NCBI GenBank assembly: GCA_002763085.1
Contig: PFCY01000093.1
Coordinates: 17,697 to 62,087 of the forward strand
Source: Candidatus Pacearchaeota archaeon CG10_big_fil_rev_8_21_14_0_10_32_14
GTDB lineage: Archaea; Nanobdellota; Nanobdellia; Pacearchaeales; GW2011-AR1
Direction: 5' to 3'
DNA: 44,391 nucleotides
Shown here one piece after another: positions 26,843-36,732 of this stretch. The translations under genes were made by a program, and so were the position numbers. Below the pieces are notes generated by a model, which saw only the letters and a list, made by a program, of their open reading frames with translations, did not search any database and was not told the DNA's origin. The number at the start of each line of letters is the position of its first letter. Within the stretch, counting starts at the first letter, position 1.

Positions 26843-27855
26843 TAGTTGTATATAGAATATTTAAATAAAAAATATGAGATGATTATAACTAAAATCTGGA
26901 ATCCATTGATCAAATAGACAATATCTTTTTCATAAACCTTATTTTTGAACTTTTTTAAAATTAAAACTCCAAAATGATTCAAACTATAAATTTTATCGTA
27001 GGGAAGTTCAAGACTCCCATCTTGATTTGGTTTACAAAATGATTGTTTAGCAAGTCCTCCTCTAAGTTTTAGTATTGTTTCAAGTATATAAGGTATAAAT
27101 ACAAAAACTGCAATCTTTTCAAAATTACCCAATATGGACATTATTGCAATTAATGCTCCAACGCTATACGTTAAAATATCTCCAGGGAAAACACTTGCAG
27201 GATATTTATTGTAGATATAAAATCCTACTAGCGACGCAACCATACACATACCCATCATTGCAAGCCATGGATTTCCAGTGAGGTAAGAAATAATTGATAG
27301 ATATGTCAAAATAATTATCCCTTGACTTGCCTCAAGACCGTTGAATCCAGCCAAAAAATTATACGTCGCTGTTGCTCCTGTTATTCCAAGAGGTATGAAA
27401 AATAATACATACCATATTCCAAGCTCAATTTCTCCTACAAGAGGAAACGACATATGACTATAGCCTGCGTTTATAACAATTAAAGGGATTGAGGCGCATA
27501 TTATTAACAGCAATCTAAAATTTTTACTTAATCCACCATTCCTCCAACCAAGAAGATCATCAACAAGTCCAACCACTGCCAAAACAAGTATTGAAGATAA
27601 AAGCGCAAATACAGCTAAACTATTCTCAGTACTTTTAAGTATAAATGTTCTAAATGCCACATAAACTAAAACACCAAGGACAAATGCAGATATTACAACA
27701 ATTCCCCCAGATGATGCAACGTTTTTTGGATGACCATATTTATTCATATCTTCCCACACAAGTCCAGTTTGTCTGCACTTTTTTATCCACATTGGAAGCA
27801 ATACGATAGTCAACACAAAAGATAAAAGAATCGGAAATAGAAGTATATATTCCAT
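26842..27855 (-). CDS. aglH: UDP-GlcNAc:dolichyl-phosphate GlcNAc-1-phosphate transferase-like (MraY/WecA/AglH family)
   Basis: LVDDLLGW, NFLAGFNGLEASQG, VFPGDILTY motifs. ~10 TM helices. Starts 1 nt after the aglB stop. Confidence 0.8.
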   Translation of the reverse strand: MEYILLFPILLSFVLTIVLLPMWIKKCRQTGLVWEDMNKYGHPKNVASSGGIVVISAFVLGVLVYVAFRTFILKSTENSLAVFALLSSILVLAVVGLVDDLLGWRNGGLSKNFRLLLIICASIPLIVINAGYSHMSFPLVGEIELGIWYVLFFIPLGITGATATYNFLAGFNGLEASQGIIILTYLSIISYLTGNPWLAMMGMCMVASLVGFYIYNKYPASVFPGDILTYSVGALIAIMSILGNFEKIAVFVFIPYILETILKLRGGLAKQSFCKPNQDGSLELPYDKIYSLNHFGVLILKKFKNKVYEKDIVYLINGFQILVIIISYFLFKYSIYN

Positions 27856-27856
27856 T

Positions 27857-30769
27857 TTACAATCGCCAAGGGAGATATTTGGAAGAATCCGTGTCTAAAT
27901 ATTTCTGCTGAACGGTTTCATTTCCAGTGTATTTTATTTCCCAAATCTTTATCGGTCCTTGAATTCCTTGATAATAAACAAAGTCAGGTAAATTTGCTCC
28001 TTGAGCATTCAAGTTCCTGTTTATGTATGATGGTTCGGTATGAACTAATTTGAAACCAGGGAAATTATTTAATGGATCATTAAGAATATAAATTTGCGCA
28101 AGCATTCCTCTCATTAATCTTGGAGATATGAACATTGCCGCTCCAACTTGATTTAATTTAATCCCTTGACCATTTGATTCTAAACTTGGGAAAATAAATA
28201 ATGTTGCATTTATTCCATCATGGAAATCAAAAAACTCTCCGTTAATAGAGACATATCTCATTGGAATCCTATACTGCGTTCCATCAGTTTGATCAACAAA
28301 AATAACTGTCGGCTGTCCGACATTTCCAGACCCGCTTTCTTGATTTGTATTCATTGGAATAATAAACGCTCCTACTGCAGTTTGTCCGGCTGGCAATATC
28401 AATTCCTTGCCGTCTTGAATCACTCTTAAATCTTCATCGAGAGGAATTCCTCCCCTATAAAAATAATTTGTTTGGTTTCGAGTCTCCTGCGTTTGACTTG
28501 GATCTAAATTAAATACTCCGATTTGGGATAATCTATCAAAATTTTCATCGCTGCCAATTTGTGAAAATGCTCCATATTTGCCAATATCCGTCGAATCAAT
28601 TAAAAAATGGGTGGTATTATGCGCGTATAAAAAGTCTAAAGCATCCTGCTGATTATCTCCAGTTAAAACTATCCTTCCCATCCAGTAATTCCAGAATACT
28701 TTTGCATTACCTCCATCAAGAACCGTTGCTCTCTCACCTATGCTTTGGACCCAATATCCATAATCCCACCAATGTCCAAATACTGCATCCTCTGGCGTAT
28801 TATTTCTTACCCAGTCCATTGCATATTGCCATTGTTGATTATAAGGTGTAGGAACAAAACTAAAAGCGCTTGATTTAGATTCCTGATAAAATCCGTAATT
28901 TTGATTTGATTTAAGTGGAACACCCATAAAAGCGTAAATTGTCAGTAAAACAACAATGACGGCAAAAAATAGATAGATTAATTTTTTGTTATCATCTTTA
29001 TTTTTTATGAACAAAGTGATCAGTTCTAAATTCAAATAGCCGACAAAAATCGGCGCTATTGGTCCAAGAACCATAATCAATCTTACAGCACCTCTTGCAC
29101 TGAATATAGCTAAAAGAAGTAAAATCAATATGAAAATATACTCATAATCGATGTAATCAAAAGCATTGTCTTTTCGTTTGTAATAGTCTGAATATATCTT
29201 TATAGAAACTCCCAAAAATAATATGACAGCGCCATAATAAACAAATTTACTTATAAAATTTTCACCATTAAATTGACTGCTTGAAGAATATCTTGAAAAA
29301 ATCATTGCAAATATTAAAATTATATAAACAATTGTCAAAATCCAAGCATCTTTTGATTTGAGTTTATTCATCATATTTCTGAATATTAATATTGATCCAA
29401 TGATGAATAACCAGAAAAAAATTGGTATTGAGATTTTTCCAAGAGGAATGAATGGTCCAAAATTGCCTCTCCATTCAGTGAAATATGGTTGTCTATTCTC
29501 CGCAACAGTAGTATTCCATCTTCCCGTAACAGGTCTAAATGTGCTCTGATGAACTGCCTTTAGCTTATCGACTATAAAATTAGGACCAAAAAATAATGTT
29601 GCAATTACAACAACTAATATTATTGCTACAATGATTGATACGATGTGTTTTGGCAGTTTAATTTTATTAAGTTGTTTATTAGAAGAAATTTTTGTATCCC
29701 ATAAAATATAATCTATGACAAGGATAAATAATGTCAAAAAAGCTATGCCAGTATTTAATGATCCAACAATATAATAAATAGCGTCGGATTTTAGAATGAA
29801 TAGAGAAAGAACCGTTGTGGTCAAGATCCAGCTGGCATAAACAAATGACTCTTTCTTATGGATATTATTTAATAAAAAAGCGATTAAAGTTGTGACTCCG
29901 ATTGTGATATAGATGAAGATATCTCCACCCCAAATTGTTCCCATAACAAATGTTGACAATCCAGATAAAATTCCTAAAGCGATTGAAAATTTGAAATTTT
30001 TAGTTTTCATAGCTTTTAAGAAAAAATAAAAAGTTAGAAACATAAAAAAGAAAGCGGCCGATTCTTTTTCTGGAATTCCAGCAATTGATCTTGACAAGAA
30101 TACAGGGATCACAATCATAAAGAACGTCGCTATTATTGCTATAAAATTCGCTTTGATAATGCTTTCTTTATCTTTTCTGATGAACACTTCTCTAACAAAA
30201 AAGAAAAAACTTATGATTGTTAAAACAAAAAATATAACCGGAAATATATCGGCTGCAAATTCTACAGAAACATTACCTAAAAAAAATGAAGATAGATGGT
30301 AAGTCATATCGATCATAGAAGGTAAAACAACTGTTCTTACCTCTGAAGGAAATCCGTCAGGCACATTCCTCATATAATCCACAGCGGGTAATTTTCCTTC
30401 TTTCACATAATATTCCGCAAGTCTTTCAAAAAGCCAAGGATCTAAATCAGGACCAAGTGTCCAAGTATTTGTCGTCACATCCCAAAGTCCTGGGGTCCCG
30501 CCATAAGCTGTCCAAGGCAAGAAAATAAATTTATAGAATGGTATCATTTGTCTCGTATGATCCATCATAGGTGCAGACCGAATATAAACTCCAAGCATTA
30601 TTGAAATTGCTAATAGAATAACTATCCAAAATTTATAATTTAAAACTATTTTTTGAAGACTCTCTTTCCTGATTCTAATCACGTCTTCCTCTTTAACCTG
30701 ATGAGAATGATGTTCATGATCTCCATGGCTATGAGGATGTTCGCTCGTCTCTTTTGCTAAAACTTCCAT
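27857..30769 (-). CDS. aglB: Archaeal oligosaccharyltransferase AglB (STT3 family)
   Basis: GHWWDYGYWVQSIG (WWDYG motif), N-terminal multi-TM domain with a DLDPW acidic loop motif, large C-terminal soluble domain. 970 aa. Confidence 0.92.
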   Translation of the reverse strand: MEVLAKETSEHPHSHGDHEHHSHQVKEEDVIRIRKESLQKIVLNYKFWIVILLAISIMLGVYIRSAPMMDHTRQMIPFYKFIFLPWTAYGGTPGLWDVTTNTWTLGPDLDPWLFERLAEYYVKEGKLPAVDYMRNVPDGFPSEVRTVVLPSMIDMTYHLSSFFLGNVSVEFAADIFPVIFFVLTIISFFFFVREVFIRKDKESIIKANFIAIIATFFMIVIPVFLSRSIAGIPEKESAAFFFMFLTFYFFLKAMKTKNFKFSIALGILSGLSTFVMGTIWGGDIFIYITIGVTTLIAFLLNNIHKKESFVYASWILTTTVLSLFILKSDAIYYIVGSLNTGIAFLTLFILVIDYILWDTKISSNKQLNKIKLPKHIVSIIVAIILVVVIATLFFGPNFIVDKLKAVHQSTFRPVTGRWNTTVAENRQPYFTEWRGNFGPFIPLGKISIPIFFWLFIIGSILIFRNMMNKLKSKDAWILTIVYIILIFAMIFSRYSSSSQFNGENFISKFVYYGAVILFLGVSIKIYSDYYKRKDNAFDYIDYEYIFILILLLLAIFSARGAVRLIMVLGPIAPIFVGYLNLELITLFIKNKDDNKKLIYLFFAVIVVLLTIYAFMGVPLKSNQNYGFYQESKSSAFSFVPTPYNQQWQYAMDWVRNNTPEDAVFGHWWDYGYWVQSIGERATVLDGGNAKVFWNYWMGRIVLTGDNQQDALDFLYAHNTTHFLIDSTDIGKYGAFSQIGSDENFDRLSQIGVFNLDPSQTQETRNQTNYFYRGGIPLDEDLRVIQDGKELILPAGQTAVGAFIIPMNTNQESGSGNVGQPTVIFVDQTDGTQYRIPMRYVSINGEFFDFHDGINATLFIFPSLESNGQGIKLNQVGAAMFISPRLMRGMLAQIYILNDPLNNFPGFKLVHTEPSYINRNLNAQGANLPDFVYYQGIQGPIKIWEIKYTGNETVQQKYLDTDSSKYLPWRL

Positions 30770-30875
30770 TAAATCCTTAAAAAAGAACGATATTTAAATA
30801 TTTCTTAGTTTAAGTCCTATTCGAAACGTTAAAAAACTTATAATACTCATTAATCGTATTAAATAAAAGAGGAAA

Positions 30876-32612
30876 ATGGCAGAACAGATTTTCATTCAAT
30901 TCGCATTGATTCTTGGCGTAGCATTCATCGTGTCTTATATTCTTAGATTATTCAATCAACCCATCATAGTCGGATATATCATTGCGGGTATGATAATAAG
31001 TCCTTTCTTGCTACAATCTGGACAATCCGCCTCAGAAATAATCAGCACATTCTCAGAATTCGGTATAGCCTTCCTTTTATTCATTGTAGGATTACATATG
31101 AACCCTAAGGTCTTAAGAGAAATTGGTATACCTTCATTTTTCATAGGAATTCTTCAGATGATATTGACTTTTATTGTGAGTTATGCTGTTTCATTTTTTG
31201 TTTTAGGATGGGGTCACATTGCATCATTTTATGTCGGCGTGGCTATTATGTTTTCTTCAACGATTATAATAATGAAACTGCTTTCCGATCAATCTGATTT
31301 AGACTCATTCCATGGAAAAATTGTCACAGGAGTTTTAATCCTTCAAGACATTGTTGCCATTTTTATTTTAATGATAATCTCTTCAACGGATTCTATTTCC
31401 GGCAATTCAATTGGAATATTTTTAGTTAAAACTTTTATTTCCGGCGGTGGATTAATTTTACTTTTATTTTTCATCGGTGTTTTCATTCTTCCTTTAATAC
31501 TTAAATTCGTAGCTAAGACGCAGGAACTTTTATTTTTATTTTCGATCGCATGGTGTTTCTTGATTGCCTCACTTTTTAACTTCCTAAATTTTTCGATTGA
31601 AATTGGCGCATTGATTGCTGGAGTTATATTATCTATAAGTCCATACAGCACAGAGATAAGCTCAAAAATAAGGCCGCTAAGAGATTTTTTTATTGTAATA
31701 TTTTTTATTATCCTCGGCACTTATATCAACTTTAATTCTATCCAATCTATTCTATTAAACGCGATTATATTATCCGTCGTTGCTTTAATATTAAAACCGA
31801 TAATTGTAATGATTCTTATGCGTAATTTTGGTTATACAAAAAGAAATAATTTCTTAGTAGGAATCACCCTAGCTCAAATTTCAGAATTTAGTCTTATCAT
31901 ATTACTACTTGGATCAAGCTTATCTTCCACAAATCCCCTTTATATTGGTCAAGAAGTTTTAAACACAATCGTCATGACGCTTATAATCACAATAATAATT
32001 TCTGCTTACATGATAATGTATTCTAACAAACTCTACGTAAAAATTTCATCAATACTTTACATATTCGAGAAAAAAGGCGTTAAAGAAAAAAGAGTCATCA
32101 AAAAAAATTACGATGCTATTCTTTTCGGCTATAACCGGATTGGTTTTGGTATACTTCAAACTCTCCAGAAGATAAAGAAAAGTTATGTTGTTGTAGATTT
32201 TAATCCTGACACCGTTCAAAATTTGACAAAAGTTAGAATCCCTTCAATTTATGGAGACGCATTCGACTCTGATTTCCTCGATGATCTCCCTCTATCAGAA
32301 GTAAAAATTGCAGTATCAACAATACCTGAATTCGAGACAAATTTATTATTGATAGAAAAAATCAGGACAATAAACAAAAATGCAATTGTAATTCTTAGGG
32401 CTCATAGCGTTAAAGAAGCTTTAGAATTATATGAACGGGGTGCTTCTTACGTTTTGACACCTCATTTTTTGGGAGGAGAATATATATCACAATTGATTAA
32501 TAATGCTGGGACAAATGTAAAACAATATTCATCTGAAAAAGAAAAACACATTAAAACACTGAAGAGTATGTTCGAAAGAGGGATAGAACATCCTAAGGTT
32601 GATAAAAATTAA
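30876..32612 (+). CDS. CPA2 cation:proton antiporter (Kef-type) with a C-terminal RCK/TrkA-N domain
   Basis: ~12 TM Na_H_exchanger-like region, then AILFGYNRIGFGILQTL Rossmann (TrkA-N). AAGAGGAAA lies just before the ATG. Confidence 0.85.
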   Translation: MAEQIFIQFALILGVAFIVSYILRLFNQPIIVGYIIAGMIISPFLLQSGQSASEIISTFSEFGIAFLLFIVGLHMNPKVLREIGIPSFFIGILQMILTFIVSYAVSFFVLGWGHIASFYVGVAIMFSSTIIIMKLLSDQSDLDSFHGKIVTGVLILQDIVAIFILMIISSTDSISGNSIGIFLVKTFISGGGLILLLFFIGVFILPLILKFVAKTQELLFLFSIAWCFLIASLFNFLNFSIEIGALIAGVILSISPYSTEISSKIRPLRDFFIVIFFIILGTYINFNSIQSILLNAIILSVVALILKPIIVMILMRNFGYTKRNNFLVGITLAQISEFSLIILLLGSSLSSTNPLYIGQEVLNTIVMTLIITIIISAYMIMYSNKLYVKISSILYIFEKKGVKEKRVIKKNYDAILFGYNRIGFGILQTLQKIKKSYVVVDFNPDTVQNLTKVRIPSIYGDAFDSDFLDDLPLSEVKIAVSTIPEFETNLLLIEKIRTINKNAIVILRAHSVKEALELYERGASYVLTPHFLGGEYISQLINNAGTNVKQYSSEKEKHIKTLKSMFERGIEHPKVDKN

Positions 32613-32656
32613 TCTTTTTAGCAAAGAATATAAATGTAAAAAATATAAATATTAAA

Positions 32657-33799
32657 ATGAGGAATATGCCAAAAACAAATAATAAATCATGGAAAGTTAA
32701 AGTGATAAGTAGATTACTCTTACAACCAAGCGATTTTACTCCATCGTTTGACGGATGGGAAGTTGAAGGAGCGCTCAATCCTGGAGCAGTGAGAATGCCG
32801 GACGGGAAAATTGTTTTATATATTCGAATTGCTGAAACAGCTGGAGCAAATCATAGAGAACTGAAAATGTGTCCAAGAATTATTTCCAAAAAAGATTTCA
32901 CAATAACTTTTGATAAAATTAAAGGAAATATTTTAGAAAAAAAAGGGAGATATATCTTGCTTGACGGAGGTGGTTGTATCCTTACACATATGTCTCATTT
33001 TAGAAAAGTAATTTTAGAAAGAGATGGATTTAACATTGATAAAATTGAACAGGCACCAGCATTTTTAGGCACGAGTGATGATGGTGATTACGGGGTCGAG
33101 GATCCAAGAATTTCAAAAATTGGAAATACATATGTAATGACTTTTGTTGGTGTAAGTGCTGAAGAAGGGATCTCGACGTACATCACAACCTCAAAAGATA
33201 TGAAAACGTGGGGGAAGAGATGGCTTGCATTCCATGAACAGAATAAAGACGTTGTATTATTTCCAGAAAAGATAAAAGGAAGATACGTCGCTCTTCATCG
33301 TCCTGAAGCGATTTTTAGTGTATATCGACCAAGTATCTGGATTTCATATTCTCCGGATTTAGTATACTGGGGAGATTCTAAAGTCCTCATCCGTCCAAGA
33401 GCAAATACTTGGGAAACGCAAAGGATTGGAAGTGGACCGCCACCACTAAAGACAAAAAAAGGTTGGCTTCTGATTTATCATGGAGTTTCATCAATAAGAA
33501 AAAATCCGGAAATAAATGATAGCGACGAGATGATAAGCAAATACTGCGCTGGCGCGCTTTTGCTTGACCTTAAAAATCCAGAAAAAATACTTGCAAGATC
33601 TCCACCGTTAAAACCCCTTCTTGAACCGACTGAAACATACGAAGAAACGGGATTCATGAATCAAGTAGTTTTTCCAACTGGATTGATACTTGACAAAAAT
33701 AAGAAAGACGTTTTAATTTATTCCGGCGGAGCCGATAGCGTGATTAGTGTTAAGAAATTATCTCTTAAAGATATTTTTGATTCTATGGAATGGTATTGA
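32657..33799 (+). CDS. GH130-family glycoside phosphorylase/hydrolase (DUF377, beta-mannoside phosphorylase-like)
   Basis: EGALNPGAV, YGVEDPRISKIGNTYVMTFVG, LFPEKIKGRYVALHRP, GSGPPP, WLLIYHGV, YSGGADS are typical GH130 beta-propeller motifs. Confidence 0.8.
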   Translation: MRNMPKTNNKSWKVKVISRLLLQPSDFTPSFDGWEVEGALNPGAVRMPDGKIVLYIRIAETAGANHRELKMCPRIISKKDFTITFDKIKGNILEKKGRYILLDGGGCILTHMSHFRKVILERDGFNIDKIEQAPAFLGTSDDGDYGVEDPRISKIGNTYVMTFVGVSAEEGISTYITTSKDMKTWGKRWLAFHEQNKDVVLFPEKIKGRYVALHRPEAIFSVYRPSIWISYSPDLVYWGDSKVLIRPRANTWETQRIGSGPPPLKTKKGWLLIYHGVSSIRKNPEINDSDEMISKYCAGALLLDLKNPEKILARSPPLKPLLEPTETYEETGFMNQVVFPTGLILDKNKKDVLIYSGGADSVISVKKLSLKDIFDSMEWY

Positions 33800-33823
33800 G
33801 AAAATTTATTTTACTTGTTTAAT

Positions 33824-34318
33824 CTAACAATCCTCATCATCTTGCTCATTTTCGTTATCATCTATATCTTCATTCAAATTATCTAGATCTTCATTCAAAT
33901 TATCTAGATCATCTTCCATATCTGCTTTGTCATCTGCGTCAGTTTCCGCCGCAATATCATCTTCTAAATCTGAAATTTCATTTTCAAGATCATCTATTTC
34001 ATTTTCAATATCGTCGTGTTCATTATCAAGTTCATCACAGACATCAACTTCAGGAACCACATCAATTTGGCTCTTTAATTCTTCATTCTCTGTTTCAAGA
34101 GATTTTATTTTCAAATTTTGGTCATTATTAAAACTTTTATATGATGAAATATCTTGACTTAATTTTTTGTTTTCATCTTGAAGAGTCTTGAATTCTTCTG
34201 AACTTACCGCATTTCCTGTTAATATGGCCTTTCCAAATATTGTTCCGAAAAAAAAGAATACAAATACTAAAACGATTGCGCCAATAATAACATATTTATT
34301 TTCCATAAAGAGATACAA
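33824..34318 (-). CDS. Membrane-anchored coiled-coil protein with an extremely acidic D/E/N repeat tail
   Basis: N-terminal TM helix, heptad-like region, then DDIENEIDDLENEISDLEDD...DLDNLNEDLDNLNEDIDDNENEQDDEDC. Confidence 0.5.
   Translation of the reverse strand: MYLFMENKYVIIGAIVLVFVFFFFGTIFGKAILTGNAVSSEEFKTLQDENKKLSQDISSYKSFNNDQNLKIKSLETENEELKSQIDVVPEVDVCDELDNEHDDIENEIDDLENEISDLEDDIAAETDADDKADMEDDLDNLNEDLDNLNEDIDDNENEQDDEDC
33866..33907. repeat. Perfect 2 x 21-bp tandem duplication inside the acidic-tail gene
   Basis: ATCTTCATTCAAATTATCTAG occurs at 33866-33886 and again at 33887-33907, encoding DLDNLNE twice on the minus strand. Confidence 0.95.
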
Positions 34319-34420
34319 AAAAATGAGTTTATAAATTTATATATTGTAATGACTATACAGTCACAAATAAATCATAGTATAGACCCCTAATCTTAAATAA
34401 TCAAAAAAAGAATATTATAT

Positions 34421-35131
34421 ATGAACATTCACATTTTAAAATCAAAGAAAGAGGCTTCGCTTTACGCTTCTGCAAAAATTATCCATCAAATACATCATAA
34501 ACCAAATTCTGTTCTCGGTTTATCCACAGGAAACACTATGATCTCAATTTACAACGATCTTGTTCATGCATATAAAAATCATATGACTGCTTTTGTAAAA
34601 GTAAAAACATTCAACGTTGATGAATATGCAGATATATCAAGATATAACAAAAATAGTTTTTTTTACTTTATGAATAAATATTTATTTTCAAAAACAGATA
34701 TTAAATTAAAAAATACTAATTTTCCAATAGAAACTAATTCAAAGTCATACGATAAAATAATTAAAGAAACTGGCGGATTAGACCTTCTCATTCTGGGTAT
34801 TGGAAGAAATGGCCATATTGCATTTAATGAACCGGGAAAAAGTTCAAATTTATCATCAAAAACGAGAAAAATAATACTATCAGACGAGACAATCAAAGTC
34901 AATAAACTCCACAGGAAAAATATAACTCATGCTTATACTGTCGGCATATCTACAATTTTAAAGGCTAAAAAAATTGTGATTGTTGCATTTGGTAAAGAAA
35001 AATCTAATGCGGTTTATAATTTAGTCAATGGGAAAATGGGTTATAACAACCCATCCGCATTTTTGAGAGATCACAACAATTTTATGTTAATTCTTGACCA
35101 AGACGCTGCCAGATTGTTAAGTATCAGATAG
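34421..35131 (+). CDS. nagB: Glucosamine-6-phosphate deaminase/isomerase
   Basis: LGLSTGNTM, FNVDEY, LLILGIGRNGHIAFNEPG are canonical NagB/6-phosphogluconolactonase family motifs. Confidence 0.85.
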   Translation: MNIHILKSKKEASLYASAKIIHQIHHKPNSVLGLSTGNTMISIYNDLVHAYKNHMTAFVKVKTFNVDEYADISRYNKNSFFYFMNKYLFSKTDIKLKNTNFPIETNSKSYDKIIKETGGLDLLILGIGRNGHIAFNEPGKSSNLSSKTRKIILSDETIKVNKLHRKNITHAYTVGISTILKAKKIVIVAFGKEKSNAVYNLVNGKMGYNNPSAFLRDHNNFMLILDQDAARLLSIR

Positions 35132-35146
35132 AATCAAGTTCCATAA

Positions 35147-35157
35147 TCTTTAAATAC
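35147..35157 (+). promoter_or_regulatory. TATA box for the 35178 gene
   Basis: TCTTTAAATAC, centre 26 nt upstream of the ATG. Confidence 0.45.
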
Positions 35158-35177
35158 ACAAAGACGAATCGTTCTTC

Positions 35178-35621
35178 ATGAAATTAAAAAAAACGTCTAT
35201 GTTTTTAGTCACAGGATTAATATTAGGTCTGATAATTGGAATAATTGCCTCAATATCTTATCTAAAATATTATCCTGAATATAAACAAAAATCTGAAATA
35301 AATTCTTATAAGAAAAAATTAATAGGCAGTATAATATGCGAATATAATTGTCCAATAATTGAACAGAATATATCGGGTAAAATTCAATTAATCCCAGATT
35401 CATCATGTGTAGAGTCATGTACAAAAGATTTCAAAGCGCTTCCAAATTTATATTCAAATGAACAGCTTAATGGCGATAATTATATATTAGAAGTACAAAA
35501 TGTTATAACCGAATGCAAAAAACAAAGTACTCAAAATTTTATTTTAAATAACACAGAGTTCTTCCCATGCAATTCTCGTGAACTTTCAAAATTAAGTGAT
35601 AAATTTGATTATCTAAAATAA
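35178..35621 (+). CDS. Membrane-anchored Cys-rich extracellular protein, hypothetical
   Basis: N-terminal TM helix, 8 Cys in the ectodomain. A TATA box is centred 26 nt upstream of the ATG. Confidence 0.45.
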   Translation: MKLKKTSMFLVTGLILGLIIGIIASISYLKYYPEYKQKSEINSYKKKLIGSIICEYNCPIIEQNISGKIQLIPDSSCVESCTKDFKALPNLYSNEQLNGDNYILEVQNVITECKKQSTQNFILNNTEFFPCNSRELSKLSDKFDYLK

Positions 35622-35660
35622 TATACAAAAACTTAAAACATCTATTTTTCTGAAAAGTTA

Positions 35661-36119
35661 ATGTCAAAAGATAAGATTTATTTTGCTGGATCAATTAGAG
35701 GTGGAAGAGAAGATGTTGATTTATATCATGAACTCATTCGAAATTTACAAAATTATGGTGAAGTCCTGACTGAACATATTGGAAACAGAGAAATATCTAT
35801 TCAAGGTGAAGATGGAATATCAGATAGTTTTATTCATAATCGAGATTTAGGATGGTTAACGAAAGCAAACAGGATTGTAGCAGAAGTTACAACGGCAAGT
35901 CTTGGAGTAGGATATGAACTAGGTAGGATTGTTGAAAGAAATTTATGGATTCCTTCTAACGACAAAAAATTAATTTTATGTTTATATCGACCAAATGTAA
36001 ATAAAAGATTATCTGCAATGATAAAATGTTCTGAGGGAATATTAAGCGAAGAATATAAAACTTTAAATGATGCAAAAAATATAATAGATGAATTCATGAA
36101 AAATGGAAAAAGAGATTGA
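35661..36119 (+). CDS. 2'-deoxynucleoside 5'-phosphate N-hydrolase (DNPH1/Rcl-like, nucleoside 2-deoxyribosyltransferase superfamily)
   Basis: IYFAGSIRGGREDVDLYHELI..L..YGEVLTEHI closely matches the DNPH1 N-terminal signature. Later EVTTASLGVGYELG. Confidence 0.8.
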   Translation: MSKDKIYFAGSIRGGREDVDLYHELIRNLQNYGEVLTEHIGNREISIQGEDGISDSFIHNRDLGWLTKANRIVAEVTTASLGVGYELGRIVERNLWIPSNDKKLILCLYRPNVNKRLSAMIKCSEGILSEEYKTLNDAKNIIDEFMKNGKRD

Positions 36120-36732
36120 GAAAATAAACGCACTTGTTATTGTATCACATCCTGACGATGAAACTATTTGGATGGGAGGCACAATTTTAAATCATCCTGA
36201 TTGGAACTGGACGATAATTTCTTTATGCAGAAAAAATGACACTGATCGTGCACCTAAATTTCAGAGAGTATGTAAGGCATTAAATCATTATTCAACTCCG
36301 ATTATTTCAGATTTAGATGATGAAAATCTCCAGCCACTTTCAATTGTAGAAGTAAAAAGAAAGATTTTATATCTTACACCAAAGAAAATTTATGATGTAA
36401 TCTATACTCACGGAAAAAATGGAGAATACGGACACATACGGCATAAAGAGACTCACGATGCGGTAGTTCAATTAGTCGATGAGAAATATATTGATTGTGG
36501 TGAATTGAAATTTTTCTCTTACATAAAGAGTACGCTTCGTCCACCAGTAAATCCAGAGTTATACATTCATGTTGCTAATCCGATAGCGAACGAATATATC
36601 AAGATAAGTTCAGAAATTTTTAAAAGGAAGCAATCTTTGGTTAAAGACATGTACGGATTTGATGAAAGAGGTTTTGAAGTGATGTGTTCTGGTCAGTCTG
36701 AAGCATTTGATATTCACAATTATAAAAAATGA
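36103..36732 (+). CDS. PIG-L/LmbE-family N-acetylglucosaminyl deacetylase
   Basis: ALVIVSHPDDETIWMGGTI (HPDDE zinc motif), HGHIRHKETH. Confidence 0.85.
   Translation: MEKEIEKINALVIVSHPDDETIWMGGTILNHPDWNWTIISLCRKNDTDRAPKFQRVCKALNHYSTPIISDLDDENLQPLSIVEVKRKILYLTPKKIYDVIYTHGKNGEYGHIRHKETHDAVVQLVDEKYIDCGELKFFSYIKSTLRPPVNPELYIHVANPIANEYIKISSEIFKRKQSLVKDMYGFDERGFEVMCSGQSEAFDIHNYKK

Noticed and set aside
32593-32778. 61-aa minus-strand ORF between the Kef and GH130 genes
   Set aside because: It overlaps the ends of both confident plus-strand genes and is most likely a spurious AT-rich ORF.
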